A stretch of DNA of 64,000 nt. Source: an uncultured Verrucomicrobia subdivision 3 bacterium. GTDB lineage: Bacteria > Verrucomicrobiota > Verrucomicrobiia > Limisphaerales > UBA11358. Below are positions 36,715 to 45,572 of the stretch, in pieces. Position 1 is the first letter of the stretch. The number at the start of each line of letters is the position of its first letter. The notes beneath the pieces were generated by a model, which searched no databases, had not been told where the DNA came from, and saw nothing but the letters and a program-made list of their open reading frames with translations. The position numbers and the translations under genes are program-made. The DNA lies in NCBI GenBank assembly GCA_903944085.1, contig CAJAQO010000286.1, positions 11,009 to 75,008 of the forward strand. Direction: 5' to 3'.

Positions 36715-37161
36715 ATGAAAAACATAACATTGTTCGTCACCTTACTTTCCGCCGCGAGTTTTGCCGTGGGTTGCGACAAGGAAAAAACCACCGCCCAACA
36801 AATCGAAACGGTCAAGACCGAAACCAAGCAGGCCGCGCAGGACATGAAAGATTACACGTTTGCGCAAAAGGCTGAATTCGTCGCGGCCATGCAGGCGCAG
36901 TTGACCACGCTGAATCAGGATTTGGACAAGCTTTCGGCCAAAATTGACAGTTCCACTGACGCCGTCAAAGCCGAGGCCAAACCCAAGCTGCAAGCGTTGC
37001 GCGAGCAGGCCACGAAATTAAATCAGCAATTGACCGAGGCCCAGAACGCCACGGAATCCACCTGGGACAGTGTCAAAGCTGATTCCAAAAAAGCTTACGA
37101 CTCATTGGCGAACGGTTTCACGGAAGCCCGCCAATGGGTGAGCGACAAAATCGCCCCGTAA
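36715..37161 (+). CDS. hypothetical helical lipoprotein
   Basis: Signal plus lipobox (SFAVGC). The remainder is Lys/Glu/Gln/Ala-rich and predicted helical. No family recognised. Confidence 0.5.
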   Translation: MKNITLFVTLLSAASFAVGCDKEKTTAQQIETVKTETKQAAQDMKDYTFAQKAEFVAAMQAQLTTLNQDLDKLSAKIDSSTDAVKAEAKPKLQALREQATKLNQQLTEAQNATESTWDSVKADSKKAYDSLANGFTEARQWVSDKIAP

Positions 37162-37205
37162 AAAATTTCGCCGATCATCAAACGTCCATAACCGAAAGCG
37201 TTGTT

Positions 37206-37355
37206 ATGTTATACACGATTGCAATGGTGCTGTTAATCCTCTGGCTGCTGGGCTTGGTGTCCGGGGCCACGCTGGGAGGTTTCATTCATGTGCTGCTCGT
37301 CATCGCCATCGTGATGATTTTGATCCGGCTCATCTCCGGGAGAAAAGTGGTATGA
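37206..37355 (+). CDS. lmo0937-family small membrane protein
   Basis: MLYTIAMVLLILWLLGLVSGATLGGFIHVLLVIAIVMILIRLISGRKVV matches the characteristic 2-TM roughly 50-aa family pattern (ILWLLG...G..IHLLLVIA...I....GR). Confidence 0.6.
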   Translation: MLYTIAMVLLILWLLGLVSGATLGGFIHVLLVIAIVMILIRLISGRKVV

Positions 37356-37567
37356 ATGCAAAAACCATCTTCGCCGTGGTGTTGATCACGCTGGGCATTG
37401 TCGTGCTGGCTTATTCGGGCCTGAGTTTCACGACGCCGGGCAAACCAATTGAGTTTTTGGGAATGCATATTGCGACCACGGACAGCCATTTCATCCCGCC
37501 CGCGGTCGGCGCGCTCGCACTCGTTGGCGGCATCGTGCTGCTGCTCGTCAAACCTAAAAGCGTGTGA
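37352..37567 (+). CDS. small two-TM membrane protein
   Basis: 71 aa with two clear hydrophobic helices. ATG overlaps the preceding stop (ATGA). Family uncertain. Confidence 0.45.
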   Translation: MNAKTIFAVVLITLGIVVLAYSGLSFTTPGKPIEFLGMHIATTDSHFIPPAVGALALVGGIVLLLVKPKSV

Positions 37568-37952
37568 TGAACCAAGCCGAACCGACCGCCGCCAACATCG
37601 TTGCCAAATGCCTGCGGCGTTTGAAATGGAACGAACGAGTCCAGGTTGGCGACTTCGTTGAGGATGGCAAAGCGGGGTTTGAACCGTGGACGGGCCCAAG
37701 CGGTTTCCGCGCCGATGCGTTTGTGAAAACAATTTACCGCCGGCTGCGACCCGTTGCCGCCCGGAAATCAGCATGAATATTCTAAAGCGTCTCGGCCTGA
37801 AGATTGGACAATTTTTTGAACGGCGAAAGCGGGCGACCAGCTTGAAGGCATTTGAAGTCGAGCGACTCGATCGCATCCGCAATCCGTCAAAGTATGCTGG
37901 AAAATAATTATGCAATGCGCTCGGGCCGGTCGATAATGAACGATTATTTAAA

Positions 37953-38852
37953 ATGAGCTGGACTCCACTCAACCTCACCGTCCGCGTTGGCTGCCATCTC
38001 GCCTACGAAACCACCGTGCAAACGCCCGTGCTGTTTGTGCTCAAGCCGCGGCTCGAAGGCAAGGTGCTCGTCATGCAGGAGCGGCTGTCGTTCGGCATCG
38101 GCCTGCCGTCGTATGAATTTCAGGACAGCCATGGCAACATCACCTATCGCTCCACGTTCATGCCGGGCCGGAATGAAATTCGTCATGACGCGCTCGTCGC
38201 GGTATCTTCGCTGCCCGACAGCCGGGAAATTTATGGCCCTCTGCGGCCCGTCGGCCAGCTCCCGCACGAATTGTTGCGCTACACACTGCCCAGCCGCTAC
38301 TGCGATTCCGACAAGCTGATGAATTTTGCGTGGAATAATTTTGGCCAGATTCCCCACGGCTTGCCGCGCGTGCAGGCCATCTGCGACTGGGTTCACAACA
38401 ATATTGAATACCGCTTCGGTTCTGGCCGTCCGGATCTGTCCGCTTCGGAAGTAATTGCGCGCCGGCATGGTGTCTGCCGTGATTTTGCGCACACCGCCAT
38501 TGCGCTCTGCCGCGCGTTCAATCTGCCCGCCCGCTATGTCACGGGCCATTTGCCAGACATCGGCTTTAATGACCCCGGCACGCCGATGGATTTTCATGCC
38601 TATTGTGAAGTTTATCTCGGCAACGAATGGCTTACCTTCGACGCACGCTATAATGTTCCGCGCATCGGCCGCGTCAAAGTCGCGCACGGTGCGGACGCGG
38701 TGGACGGCGCCTTTGCGACGATCTATGGCGAGGCGAACCTGACTTATTTTCAAATCTGGGCTTATCAGGTGAATCCGCAGCAAGTGTCCGTCGGCGATCC
38801 GATTGACCTGTCCAAACGACTCGATGGCACAACGACACTGCGGTTCAATTAA
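37953..38852 (+). CDS. transglutaminase-like cysteine protease family protein
   Basis: N-terminal Bact_transglu_N-like region, then RHGVCRDFAHTAIALCRAFNLPARYVTGHL (catalytic Cys) ... DFHAYCEVYL (His) ... FDAR (Asp). Confidence 0.85.
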   Translation: MSWTPLNLTVRVGCHLAYETTVQTPVLFVLKPRLEGKVLVMQERLSFGIGLPSYEFQDSHGNITYRSTFMPGRNEIRHDALVAVSSLPDSREIYGPLRPVGQLPHELLRYTLPSRYCDSDKLMNFAWNNFGQIPHGLPRVQAICDWVHNNIEYRFGSGRPDLSASEVIARRHGVCRDFAHTAIALCRAFNLPARYVTGHLPDIGFNDPGTPMDFHAYCEVYLGNEWLTFDARYNVPRIGRVKVAHGADAVDGAFATIYGEANLTYFQIWAYQVNPQQVSVGDPIDLSKRLDGTTTLRFN

Positions 38853-38872
38853 CCGGTGGTCCGCCGAATGAT

Positions 38873-40135
38873 TTACTGAACGTAAATGACCGAGGGAATA
38901 TTCACCCGCAGCCGGACTTCGGACGGCAGCTTGAATTCCTTCGGATGGGCGGCGGAAAGATTGTTCAGCATCTGGCCGGCGATGATGTGAAAACTTTGCG
39001 CCCAAGCGAGTGGCGTATTGTGGCCGGTCTGTCCGCCCAGATACATTTCCGGCACGCACCCTTCCGGCGTCATGTTTTTTTCCAGTTTCTCGAAATAGTG
39101 AACGGCCTTGTCGAAGTAGGCGCGACGCTGTGCCTCGTCGAGGTGAACCGGCTTGTGAAAGTGATCAAAATCGCGCCCATGCTCGGCAAGCTTCGCGTAA
39201 CAAATCGCCAGCCACGCGAGGCCCAGCGGCCATTCGGCGGTTTCATTGTCGCCGGGCACCAGCCCTTTGCCGCAATAGACATCGTTCGGATAACGCCGCA
39301 CGCCGCGCTCGCCGACGAGGTGCGTTTCGATATTGTGGAGAATGATTTTCTTCGTGTGAAAATCCACGATGTTGTAAGGCCAGATGAGGCTTAACTGCGA
39401 CATGTCATAAGGCCGGCTCTCCGACTCGCGCGGCAACACGCGCGCCAACGCCTTCGTGCCATCGGCGATCATGCGTTCGCTGATGGGAACGTAGTGGCTG
39501 ATCTCGATCTTGTGCTTGTATTTGTAATCATAAAAGCCCTGATCAAACCACATCATCAAACCGCCCAGCACCGCGCCGAAGCTGCTGGAATGTTCCTCCG
39601 GCCCTTCCTCCCACATGCCGTAATCCGGCTCGAAACCCATGTTGAAAATGTAATTGCGGATGTGGCTTAACAGGAAAAAATCCTCCTGCTTGAACCGGAA
39701 GCCGTAACCTTTTTTGATCAGGTCACCCATTTTATACATGAACAAACCATACACATCGAGCTGGTGATGACCCCACGCATCCGTGATGGTATCCAGCGTC
39801 GTCGGATGCACGCGCGCCGGCATGAACTGGCCGGTCTGATGCCGCACGTCCGGCTTGATGATGGACGCCTGGATGATGCGAGCGTGATAGCGTTTGAAAA
39901 TATCCAGCACGAGCCGGAAACTCTCGACCATTTTGTCAAAGCAGCCAAGATATTCGTTGGCGTAAGTCGCGAACATGATGTCGCGAATCCAGAAAACATT
40001 GTAGGCATCGCCCGAACCATCTTCGGCGGTGTAAGGACTGGCGATGTAACCGCCGTTCGGCCGGCGCATCCGCTCGAGCTGCTGGTGGGAAACATTGATG
40101 CGTTCCTCCAGCGTAAGTTCGTAAAAAGTTTTCAT
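38873..40135 (-). CDS. glycoside hydrolase family 15-like (glucoamylase/glucodextranase superfamily)
   Basis: NGGYIASP ... YNVFWIRD ... WGHHQLDVYGLF ... MWEEGPEEHSSSFGAV ... fits an (alpha/alpha)6 barrel catalytic region pattern. Confidence 0.7.
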   Translation of the reverse strand: MKTFYELTLEERINVSHQQLERMRRPNGGYIASPYTAEDGSGDAYNVFWIRDIMFATYANEYLGCFDKMVESFRLVLDIFKRYHARIIQASIIKPDVRHQTGQFMPARVHPTTLDTITDAWGHHQLDVYGLFMYKMGDLIKKGYGFRFKQEDFFLLSHIRNYIFNMGFEPDYGMWEEGPEEHSSSFGAVLGGLMMWFDQGFYDYKYKHKIEISHYVPISERMIADGTKALARVLPRESESRPYDMSQLSLIWPYNIVDFHTKKIILHNIETHLVGERGVRRYPNDVYCGKGLVPGDNETAEWPLGLAWLAICYAKLAEHGRDFDHFHKPVHLDEAQRRAYFDKAVHYFEKLEKNMTPEGCVPEMYLGGQTGHNTPLAWAQSFHIIAGQMLNNLSAAHPKEFKLPSEVRLRVNIPSVIYVQ

Positions 40136-40312
40136 GGTAAAAGCAAATAGCCGTCGGAATGACGTTTATTTGGGCCGCCTCCTTAAATTGGCGAATCCAA
40201 ATGCGGCGGCAAGTTGCCAGCAATTGTTATCGGAATCAAGCCCGCTTGTAAAACACCGCGAACGCGAATGCTCACCGGCGCACCAGCCGACGACAGCTTC
40301 GGCCGGCGGCGG

Positions 40313-41683
40313 TTACAGATTCACCACCGCCGGGTCGCCGTAGAGCGTGAAGGAACCGGTGCGCTCGATTTTTACCTCCATGAGCTGCCCCTGATGGCGA
40401 GTGCTGCCATCAAACAGCACGATGCGGTTGCAGCGGGTGCGGCCGGTATAGCGCGCCGCATTTTTCTTGCTCGGCCCTTCGACGAGAATTTCCACCTGCC
40501 GCCCGATGAAGGCGTCGTATTTTTTTGCCGCGATTTCATTGACGAGATTCAGCAGGCGTTCATTGCGTTCCTCGCGGATTGTCTGCGGCACTTGGTCGGG
40601 CATTTCAGCGGCAGGCGTGTCACGCCGCGGCGAATACTTGAAAATGTAGGCGTTGTCGAACTGCACTTCGCGGCAGAGCGAGAGCGTCAGTTCAAAATCC
40701 TCTTCGGTCTCGCCCGGAAAGCCGACGATGATGTCCGTGGTGATGCCGATCCCCGGTTTGGCGCGGCGAAGTTTTCCGACAATGCCGAGAAACTTTTCGC
40801 GCGAGTAGCCGCGGTGCATCAATTTCAAAATGCGGTCGCTGCCGCTTTGCAGCGGAATGTGCGCGCTCTCGCACAATTTCGGCAGCCGCGCGTATGCCTC
40901 AACCAGATCATCGCCATAGCCTTTCGGATGCGGCGAGGTAAAACGGATGCGGTCCAAACCGTCAAGCTCGTGAACGGCGTCGAGCAGTTGGACAAAACCG
41001 GATTTGCCGTCGAGCCCAGGGTAGTCGCGTTTGCCGAAGCTCGTGACAATCTGGCCAAGCAAGATTATTTCCCGCACGCCGCGCGCCACCAGTTCGCGAC
41101 ATTCGGCGACAATGTCCGGAATGGTGCGGCTGCGTTCTTCGCCGCGCGTGGCCGGCACGATGCAAAATGTGCAATGCTGATTGCAGCCCTGCATGATGCT
41201 GACGAACGCGGACACGGAAGTCTTCGCGCTGCCATTGAGCAAATGTTCGCGGATGGTCGCCTCGCTTTTTTCTTCCGCGGCCACGTCCACGATTTTTTTG
41301 CGGGTGCCGGCGAGCAGTTCATCGAGGTATTCCGCCGCGCGATGAAATTTTTGCGTGCCGAGCACCAAGTCCACATCCGGCAGCTTGTCAATCAACTCCT
41401 GCCCGCGGCTCTGCGCCATGCAGCCCATGAAGCCGACGATCTGGTCGCGTTTTTCGCTGCGCGCGGTGCCGACGATGTTTTGCATCTTGTTGATGGCTTT
41501 CTGCTCGGCGAAATCGCGCACACTACAGGTGTTCAGCAGCACCACATCGGCGGTGGCCTCGGACTTGGCGAGTGAATAGCCCTTGGCCACGAGCTGCGCC
41601 GCGACGGCTTCGCTGTCGCGCTCGTTCATCTGGCAACCGTAAGTTTTTATGTAAACGCTCGGCATGGTTTGAGAGAAAGCCAA
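40313..41683 (-). CDS. miaB: tRNA-2-methylthio-N6-dimethylallyladenosine synthase
   Basis: VYIKTYGCQMNERDSE, radical-SAM CNQHCTFCIVP and a TRAM domain at the C-terminus. Confidence 0.92.
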   Translation of the reverse strand: MAFSQTMPSVYIKTYGCQMNERDSEAVAAQLVAKGYSLAKSEATADVVLLNTCSVRDFAEQKAINKMQNIVGTARSEKRDQIVGFMGCMAQSRGQELIDKLPDVDLVLGTQKFHRAAEYLDELLAGTRKKIVDVAAEEKSEATIREHLLNGSAKTSVSAFVSIMQGCNQHCTFCIVPATRGEERSRTIPDIVAECRELVARGVREIILLGQIVTSFGKRDYPGLDGKSGFVQLLDAVHELDGLDRIRFTSPHPKGYGDDLVEAYARLPKLCESAHIPLQSGSDRILKLMHRGYSREKFLGIVGKLRRAKPGIGITTDIIVGFPGETEEDFELTLSLCREVQFDNAYIFKYSPRRDTPAAEMPDQVPQTIREERNERLLNLVNEIAAKKYDAFIGRQVEILVEGPSKKNAARYTGRTRCNRIVLFDGSTRHQGQLMEVKIERTGSFTLYGDPAVVNL

Positions 41684-41851
41684 GTTAAATCATTCGCGCG
41701 GACTTGGAAAGGCGGCAGTGCGGACAAATCCGATTAAAGAATTAGCAAAAAAGGGCTGGCAATTTCAGAGAGGCTGCGTTTAATTGGCCGTGGTCATGAG
41801 AGCAACACCAACAGTTCAACGACCGTCAACCTTCAACCTGGAGGCATTCCA

Positions 41852-42106
41852 ATGGACTTGCATCACCCGTTCGTAAAAGAGTTCCCGGCGCACCGCGAAA
41901 CCATCCGCTCGCTCAAGCTGGCGGATACGAAGTTCCGCGCATCGTTCGAGGAGTATCACCAACTGGACGACGAAATCTGCCGCATCGAGGAAGACGTCGA
42001 ATATGCCAGCGACCAGCAGATTGACGAACTCAAATTCAAGCGCGCGAAATTGAAAGACGCGCTTTATACCGCCGTCCAGAAGCACGAAGCGGCGGTGGCG
42101 CGTTAG
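41852..42106 (+). CDS. DUF465 (YdcH-like) protein
   Basis: HPFVKEFPAHRETIRSLKLADTKFRASFEEYHQLDDEICRIEE. Confidence 0.75.
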   Translation: MDLHHPFVKEFPAHRETIRSLKLADTKFRASFEEYHQLDDEICRIEEDVEYASDQQIDELKFKRAKLKDALYTAVQKHEAAVAR

Positions 42107-42312
42107 ACGCCACGCGCGACAAACAACTCCGCAGCGCAGCCGCTGCGCGTTGAATGGAGCTGCCCGCTTTCGGCGTTGCCGTGGAACGCGCGATTCCGAG
42201 TAATGCCGGCAGACAAAACTCGGTTTATTCGCGCGACCAATGCCTGCGACGCGCGCAATTACAAAACCCCGGCCCGAAAATTCGCGCCGGGGTTTTTGGC
42301 GAAAACGGATGG

Positions 42313-43803
42313 CTACGGCCCGCCGTTGTGGCAGTCAATGCAGGAGGGATTGTCGTCCAGATCGCCGCCGGGGTGGATGAACTTCTGGCCGGCGGGCGCC
42401 AGTTTGTCGAGTTCGGCACCGGCACCTTGCGCGAGAATCGTGTGACAAGTATTGCAATCGTTGGCCTTGATGGTCAGCTTTTTGTCCTCGGTCTTGTGCT
42501 GGCCATCGTGGCAGCGGAAGCAGCCGGGCCAGATCATGTGCCCCACGTTGTCCGGATAGGAAATCCAACTGGCCTTCATTTCCGGGAAAAAATTATCGGC
42601 GTAAATTTCCTGCACCACTTCCGTGGCCGCTTTGATGCGCGCATCGGTCGGATACTTCGCCGCGAGCGCGCTGGCGATGCCGTCTTTCGCCTCGTCGTCG
42701 GATTTGTAAGGCCGCGTCAGCACATACAGCGCGTTGGTTTTGATCCACGGAATCGTCGGATCGATTTTGTTCAGCGCCATCGCCTGGTTCACCGCTTTTT
42801 CCGGCGAAAGATACCGGTGCGAAGGACGGGTGTGGCAGTCCATGCAATCCATCGTGCGCATTTCGGCCTTGGAAACATCGTTCGTAAAGTTTTTCGTCTT
42901 GAACACGGTGACTTTGCCCTGCGCATCGGTTACGCGCACCCAAGGAATTTTCTGGCGGGCATTGTCGGTGGCAATGTATTCGACCTTGTTGCCAGGCAAG
43001 TTGTGCCAGTGAATGCCGCCGACCGGCCCGCGGCGCGGATCGCTGCCGCCGATCTTCAGGAGCAGGCGAATCGAATAAGGCGAGTTTGACGCGTCGCTCT
43101 GGAAATAATTAAACGTCCGGTCCAGATTGCCGACGAACGACTGCGGCCAGTGGCATTCTTCGCAGGTGTCGCGCGCCGGGCGCAAATTATGAATCGGCGT
43201 GCCGATCGGCCGCGAGTATTTGTTGAAGGCCACGGAATAAAGCTGATACGAGCCGGAAATTTTCGACTTCACAAACCACGAGACGCCCTTGCCAACGTGG
43301 CATTCCACGCAGGCTACGCGCGCGTGCGGGCCGTGGTCATGCGTGACTTTCTCCGGCTTCATGACCTTGTGGCAGGTCTCGCCGCAGAACGTCACCGACT
43401 CGGTGAAATTAAACGCGTTGTAAGAACCGATGGCCGTCAGCAAAAGAAACACCACGCTGCCCGTGACGAACGTCACCAGCACGCGCCGGTCGCGCGGATT
43501 GTTCAAATCAATCTTCAACGACGCCGGCCCGGTGCCCGCCGCGCGACGGCGGCGTTCCAGCCACGCGCCAAAAAACGAGAGCGCAATGCCGCCGATCAAA
43601 AACGCTGGCACGCCCATGTAAGTCAAAATGCTGACATAGGGGTTGGCGAATTTGGACAGCGCGTCCAGCACGAACAGCAGCAGGAACGAAAACAGCGCGC
43701 CGATGGCCACCACCATGCCGACAAAACTGATCCAGTTGCGAAACAACGAAGGCGGCTTGGGCGGGGCAGATTCAGAATTCATGGGGACAGGATTATTTAA
43801 CAA
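42313..43803 (-). CDS. membrane-anchored multihaem c-type cytochrome (7 CxxCH, NapC/NirT-like N-terminus)
   Basis: Two N-terminal TM helices. Haem motifs: CGETCH, CVECH, CEECH, CMDCH, CFRCH, CNTCH and CIDCH. Confidence 0.75.
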   Translation of the reverse strand: MLNNPVPMNSESAPPKPPSLFRNWISFVGMVVAIGALFSFLLLFVLDALSKFANPYVSILTYMGVPAFLIGGIALSFFGAWLERRRRAAGTGPASLKIDLNNPRDRRVLVTFVTGSVVFLLLTAIGSYNAFNFTESVTFCGETCHKVMKPEKVTHDHGPHARVACVECHVGKGVSWFVKSKISGSYQLYSVAFNKYSRPIGTPIHNLRPARDTCEECHWPQSFVGNLDRTFNYFQSDASNSPYSIRLLLKIGGSDPRRGPVGGIHWHNLPGNKVEYIATDNARQKIPWVRVTDAQGKVTVFKTKNFTNDVSKAEMRTMDCMDCHTRPSHRYLSPEKAVNQAMALNKIDPTIPWIKTNALYVLTRPYKSDDEAKDGIASALAAKYPTDARIKAATEVVQEIYADNFFPEMKASWISYPDNVGHMIWPGCFRCHDGQHKTEDKKLTIKANDCNTCHTILAQGAGAELDKLAPAGQKFIHPGGDLDDNPSCIDCHNGGP

Positions 43804-43827
43804 GTTGTATCAAGCTCGATCTCAATT

Positions 43828-43874
43828 AAAAAAAACTGGCTGCCGAACGGAACCATAAACCGTCCGGCAGCCAG
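43828..43874 (-). terminator. strong intrinsic terminator between the two cytochrome genes
   Basis: The minus-strand RNA reads ctggctgccggacgg-tttatggtt-ccgttcggcagccag followed by tttttttt. That is a 15-bp stem with one G-U pair and a U8 tract ending 25 nt upstream of the multihaem gene ATG. Confidence 0.75.
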
Positions 43875-43887
43875 AACCACAACCAAA

Positions 43888-44217
43888 TTATTTTTTCAAA
43901 CCGTGAACATAGGCCACGAGCGCCTTCACTTCATCATCGGTCAAAGTGTCAAACGGCTTCATCAAAGTTTTGTCTTCCGGGGATTTCAAGCCTTCCTTGA
44001 TGGCCTTGGTGGCGGCGTCATCTTTCAAGTCGGCCTGCACTTTGGCATCGGTGAAATCCTTGCAGCCGAGTTTCTGGCCCATCTTGGTGTCACCCTTGCC
44101 TTCGGCGCCATGGCACTTCGCGCACAGATTGTCCCAGTTTTCCTTGGCGTCCGCCGCTTTGGCGGACAGCGCCGCCGCAAGGCCAAACAGCGTGACTAAC
44201 AGAATAATTTTTTTCAT
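43888..44217 (-). CDS. secreted monohaem cytochrome c
   Basis: Signal MKKIILLVTLFGLAAALSAKA, one CAKCHG site and a distal Met region (KTLMKPF). The ORF is open to 44259. Confidence 0.75.
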   Translation of the reverse strand: MKKIILLVTLFGLAAALSAKAADAKENWDNLCAKCHGAEGKGDTKMGQKLGCKDFTDAKVQADLKDDAATKAIKEGLKSPEDKTLMKPFDTLTDDEVKALVAYVHGLKK

Positions 44218-44427
44218 CGTCGTATGTCGGTTGAGGTTCATGTTGCCGGTGCAAAGCACCGGATTCAGTCCAAATTATCACCCACCAGACGATTTTCAAC
44301 TAACCATTTTTTGACCAATGGTTGACATTTTTTGATAAGTCGCACGGTTACGACCGATTCATTGCCGGGACAAAACCTGTTCGTTTGAAAGTGGCGAAGG
44401 TAAAATCAAAGCGAAAAATGGGCGAAA

Positions 44428-45144
44428 TTGATTGTTTTCACGCGCGCCGCCGCTTTAATTGTCAGGTCTGTGGCTGAACCCATCGTCAAAATCCGCGAGC
44501 TGACCAAGCTGTATTCCCAAGGCGAAATCCAAGTGACCGCGCTCGACCGCATCACGCTCGACATCGCCGCCGGGGAATTCCTCGCGCTCATGGGACCGTC
44601 CGGCTCCGGCAAATCCACGCTGTTGCACATCATCGCCGGCGTGGACCGCCCGACCAGCGGCCAATGTCTTGTGCAAGGTGTGGATGTGACCAAGCTGAAC
44701 GAATCGGCACTCGCCGACTGGCGCAACCACAATGTCGGCTTCATTTTTCAAACCTTCAATTTGATTCCCGTTTTGACCGCTGCCGAAAATGTGGAACTGC
44801 CGCTGCTGCTCACGCGGTTGAGCCGGACGCAACGTCGCAAGCAAGTTGAAACCGCGCTCGAAGTCGTCGGCCTCGCTGACCGCGCGAAACATTTGCCGCG
44901 CCAGCTTTCCGGCGGACAGGAACAGCGCGTGGCCATCGCCCGCGCGCTCGTGACCGACCCGGCGCTCATCGTCGCCGACGAGCCGACCGGCAATCTCGAT
45001 TCGCACAGCGCGCAAGAAGTTCTTGGAGCGTTGCAATCGCTCCGCAAGGACGCCGGCAAAACCATCATCATGGTCACGCACGATCCGAAAGCGGCGGCGT
45101 TCGGCACGCGGCAAATCCATTTGGAGAAAGGCGAGCTGTCTTGA
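44428..45144 (+). CDS. ABC transporter ATP-binding protein (MacB/LolD type)
   Basis: [11 protein letters not shown] (Walker A), [15 protein letters not shown] and [11 protein letters not shown] (Walker B). Exact start uncertain. Confidence 0.88.
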   Translation: MIVFTRAAALIVRSVAEPIVKIRELTKLYSQGEIQVTALDRITLDIAAGEFLALMGPSGSGKSTLLHIIAGVDRPTSGQCLVQGVDVTKLNESALADWRNHNVGFIFQTFNLIPVLTAAENVELPLLLTRLSRTQRRKQVETALEVVGLADRAKHLPRQLSGGQEQRVAIARALVTDPALIVADEPTGNLDSHSAQEVLGALQSLRKDAGKTIIMVTHDPKAAAFGTRQIHLEKGELS

Positions 45145-45145
45145 T

Positions 45146-45563
45146 TTCCAATTTTCAATTGCCAATCGCCAATTTGAAATTATGAACGCCGAAGAGATGA
45201 AATTGCGCACGAAAAAATTCGCGCTGCGAATCATGAAGCTGGCGGATTCTTTGCCACGCTCGCCATCGGGTCGAACGTTGGCTGGACAAATTGTGCGGTC
45301 CGGAACTTCTGTAGCGGCCAATTACCGAGCGGCGGGCAAAGGTCGTTCCAAGGCTGAATTCATCGCCAAACTGGGCATTGCCGAGGAAGAAGCCGATGAA
45401 ACTCAATTTTGGCTGGAGTTGATTATCGAGTCTGGAGTGGTGAAAGAAAATTTGATCCAGCCATTATTGCAAGAAGCCCGCGAGTTGACCGCCATCATTG
45501 CCGCCTCGCGGAAATCAACCGCGCAGAATAAATAAATTGGCAATTGGCGATTGAAAATTGGAA
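45146..45563 (+). mobile_element. 418-bp cassette: four-helix-bundle gene bounded by inverted heptamer arrays, inserted at the ATPase/permease junction
   Basis: Left array: ttccaat tttcaat tgccaat cgccaat ttgaaat (45146-45180). Right array: attggca attggcg attgaaa attggaa (45536-45563). The reverse complement of the right array matches the left at 26/28 positions. No transposase is present. Confidence 0.45.
45182..45535 (+). CDS. four-helix-bundle protein (23S rRNA intervening-sequence protein family, TIGR02436/PF05635-like)
   Basis: MNAEEMKLRTKKFALRIMKLADSLP ... GQIVRSGTSVAANYRAAGKGRSKAEFIAKLGIAEEEADETQFWLELI carries the family signature GTS..ANY.EA ... S..(D/E)F..K...A.KEA.ET..WL. Confidence 0.85.
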   Translation: MNAEEMKLRTKKFALRIMKLADSLPRSPSGRTLAGQIVRSGTSVAANYRAAGKGRSKAEFIAKLGIAEEEADETQFWLELIIESGVVKENLIQPLLQEARELTAIIAASRKSTAQNK

Positions 45564-45572
45564 ATACCCGAG

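Noticed and set aside
37564-37907. Short ORFs after the small membrane-protein genes (70 aa at 37564-37776; 44 aa MNILKRLGLKIGQFF... at 37773-37907)
   Set aside because: They are plausible small genes (stop/start overlaps), but I see no family signature or other support, so they are left unannotated.
41801-41840. ttcaac / gtcaac / ttcaac quasi-repeats upstream of the DUF465 gene
   Set aside because: Spacing is irregular (10 and 7 nt) with only three short words, so this is not a member of the regular heptamer arrays.
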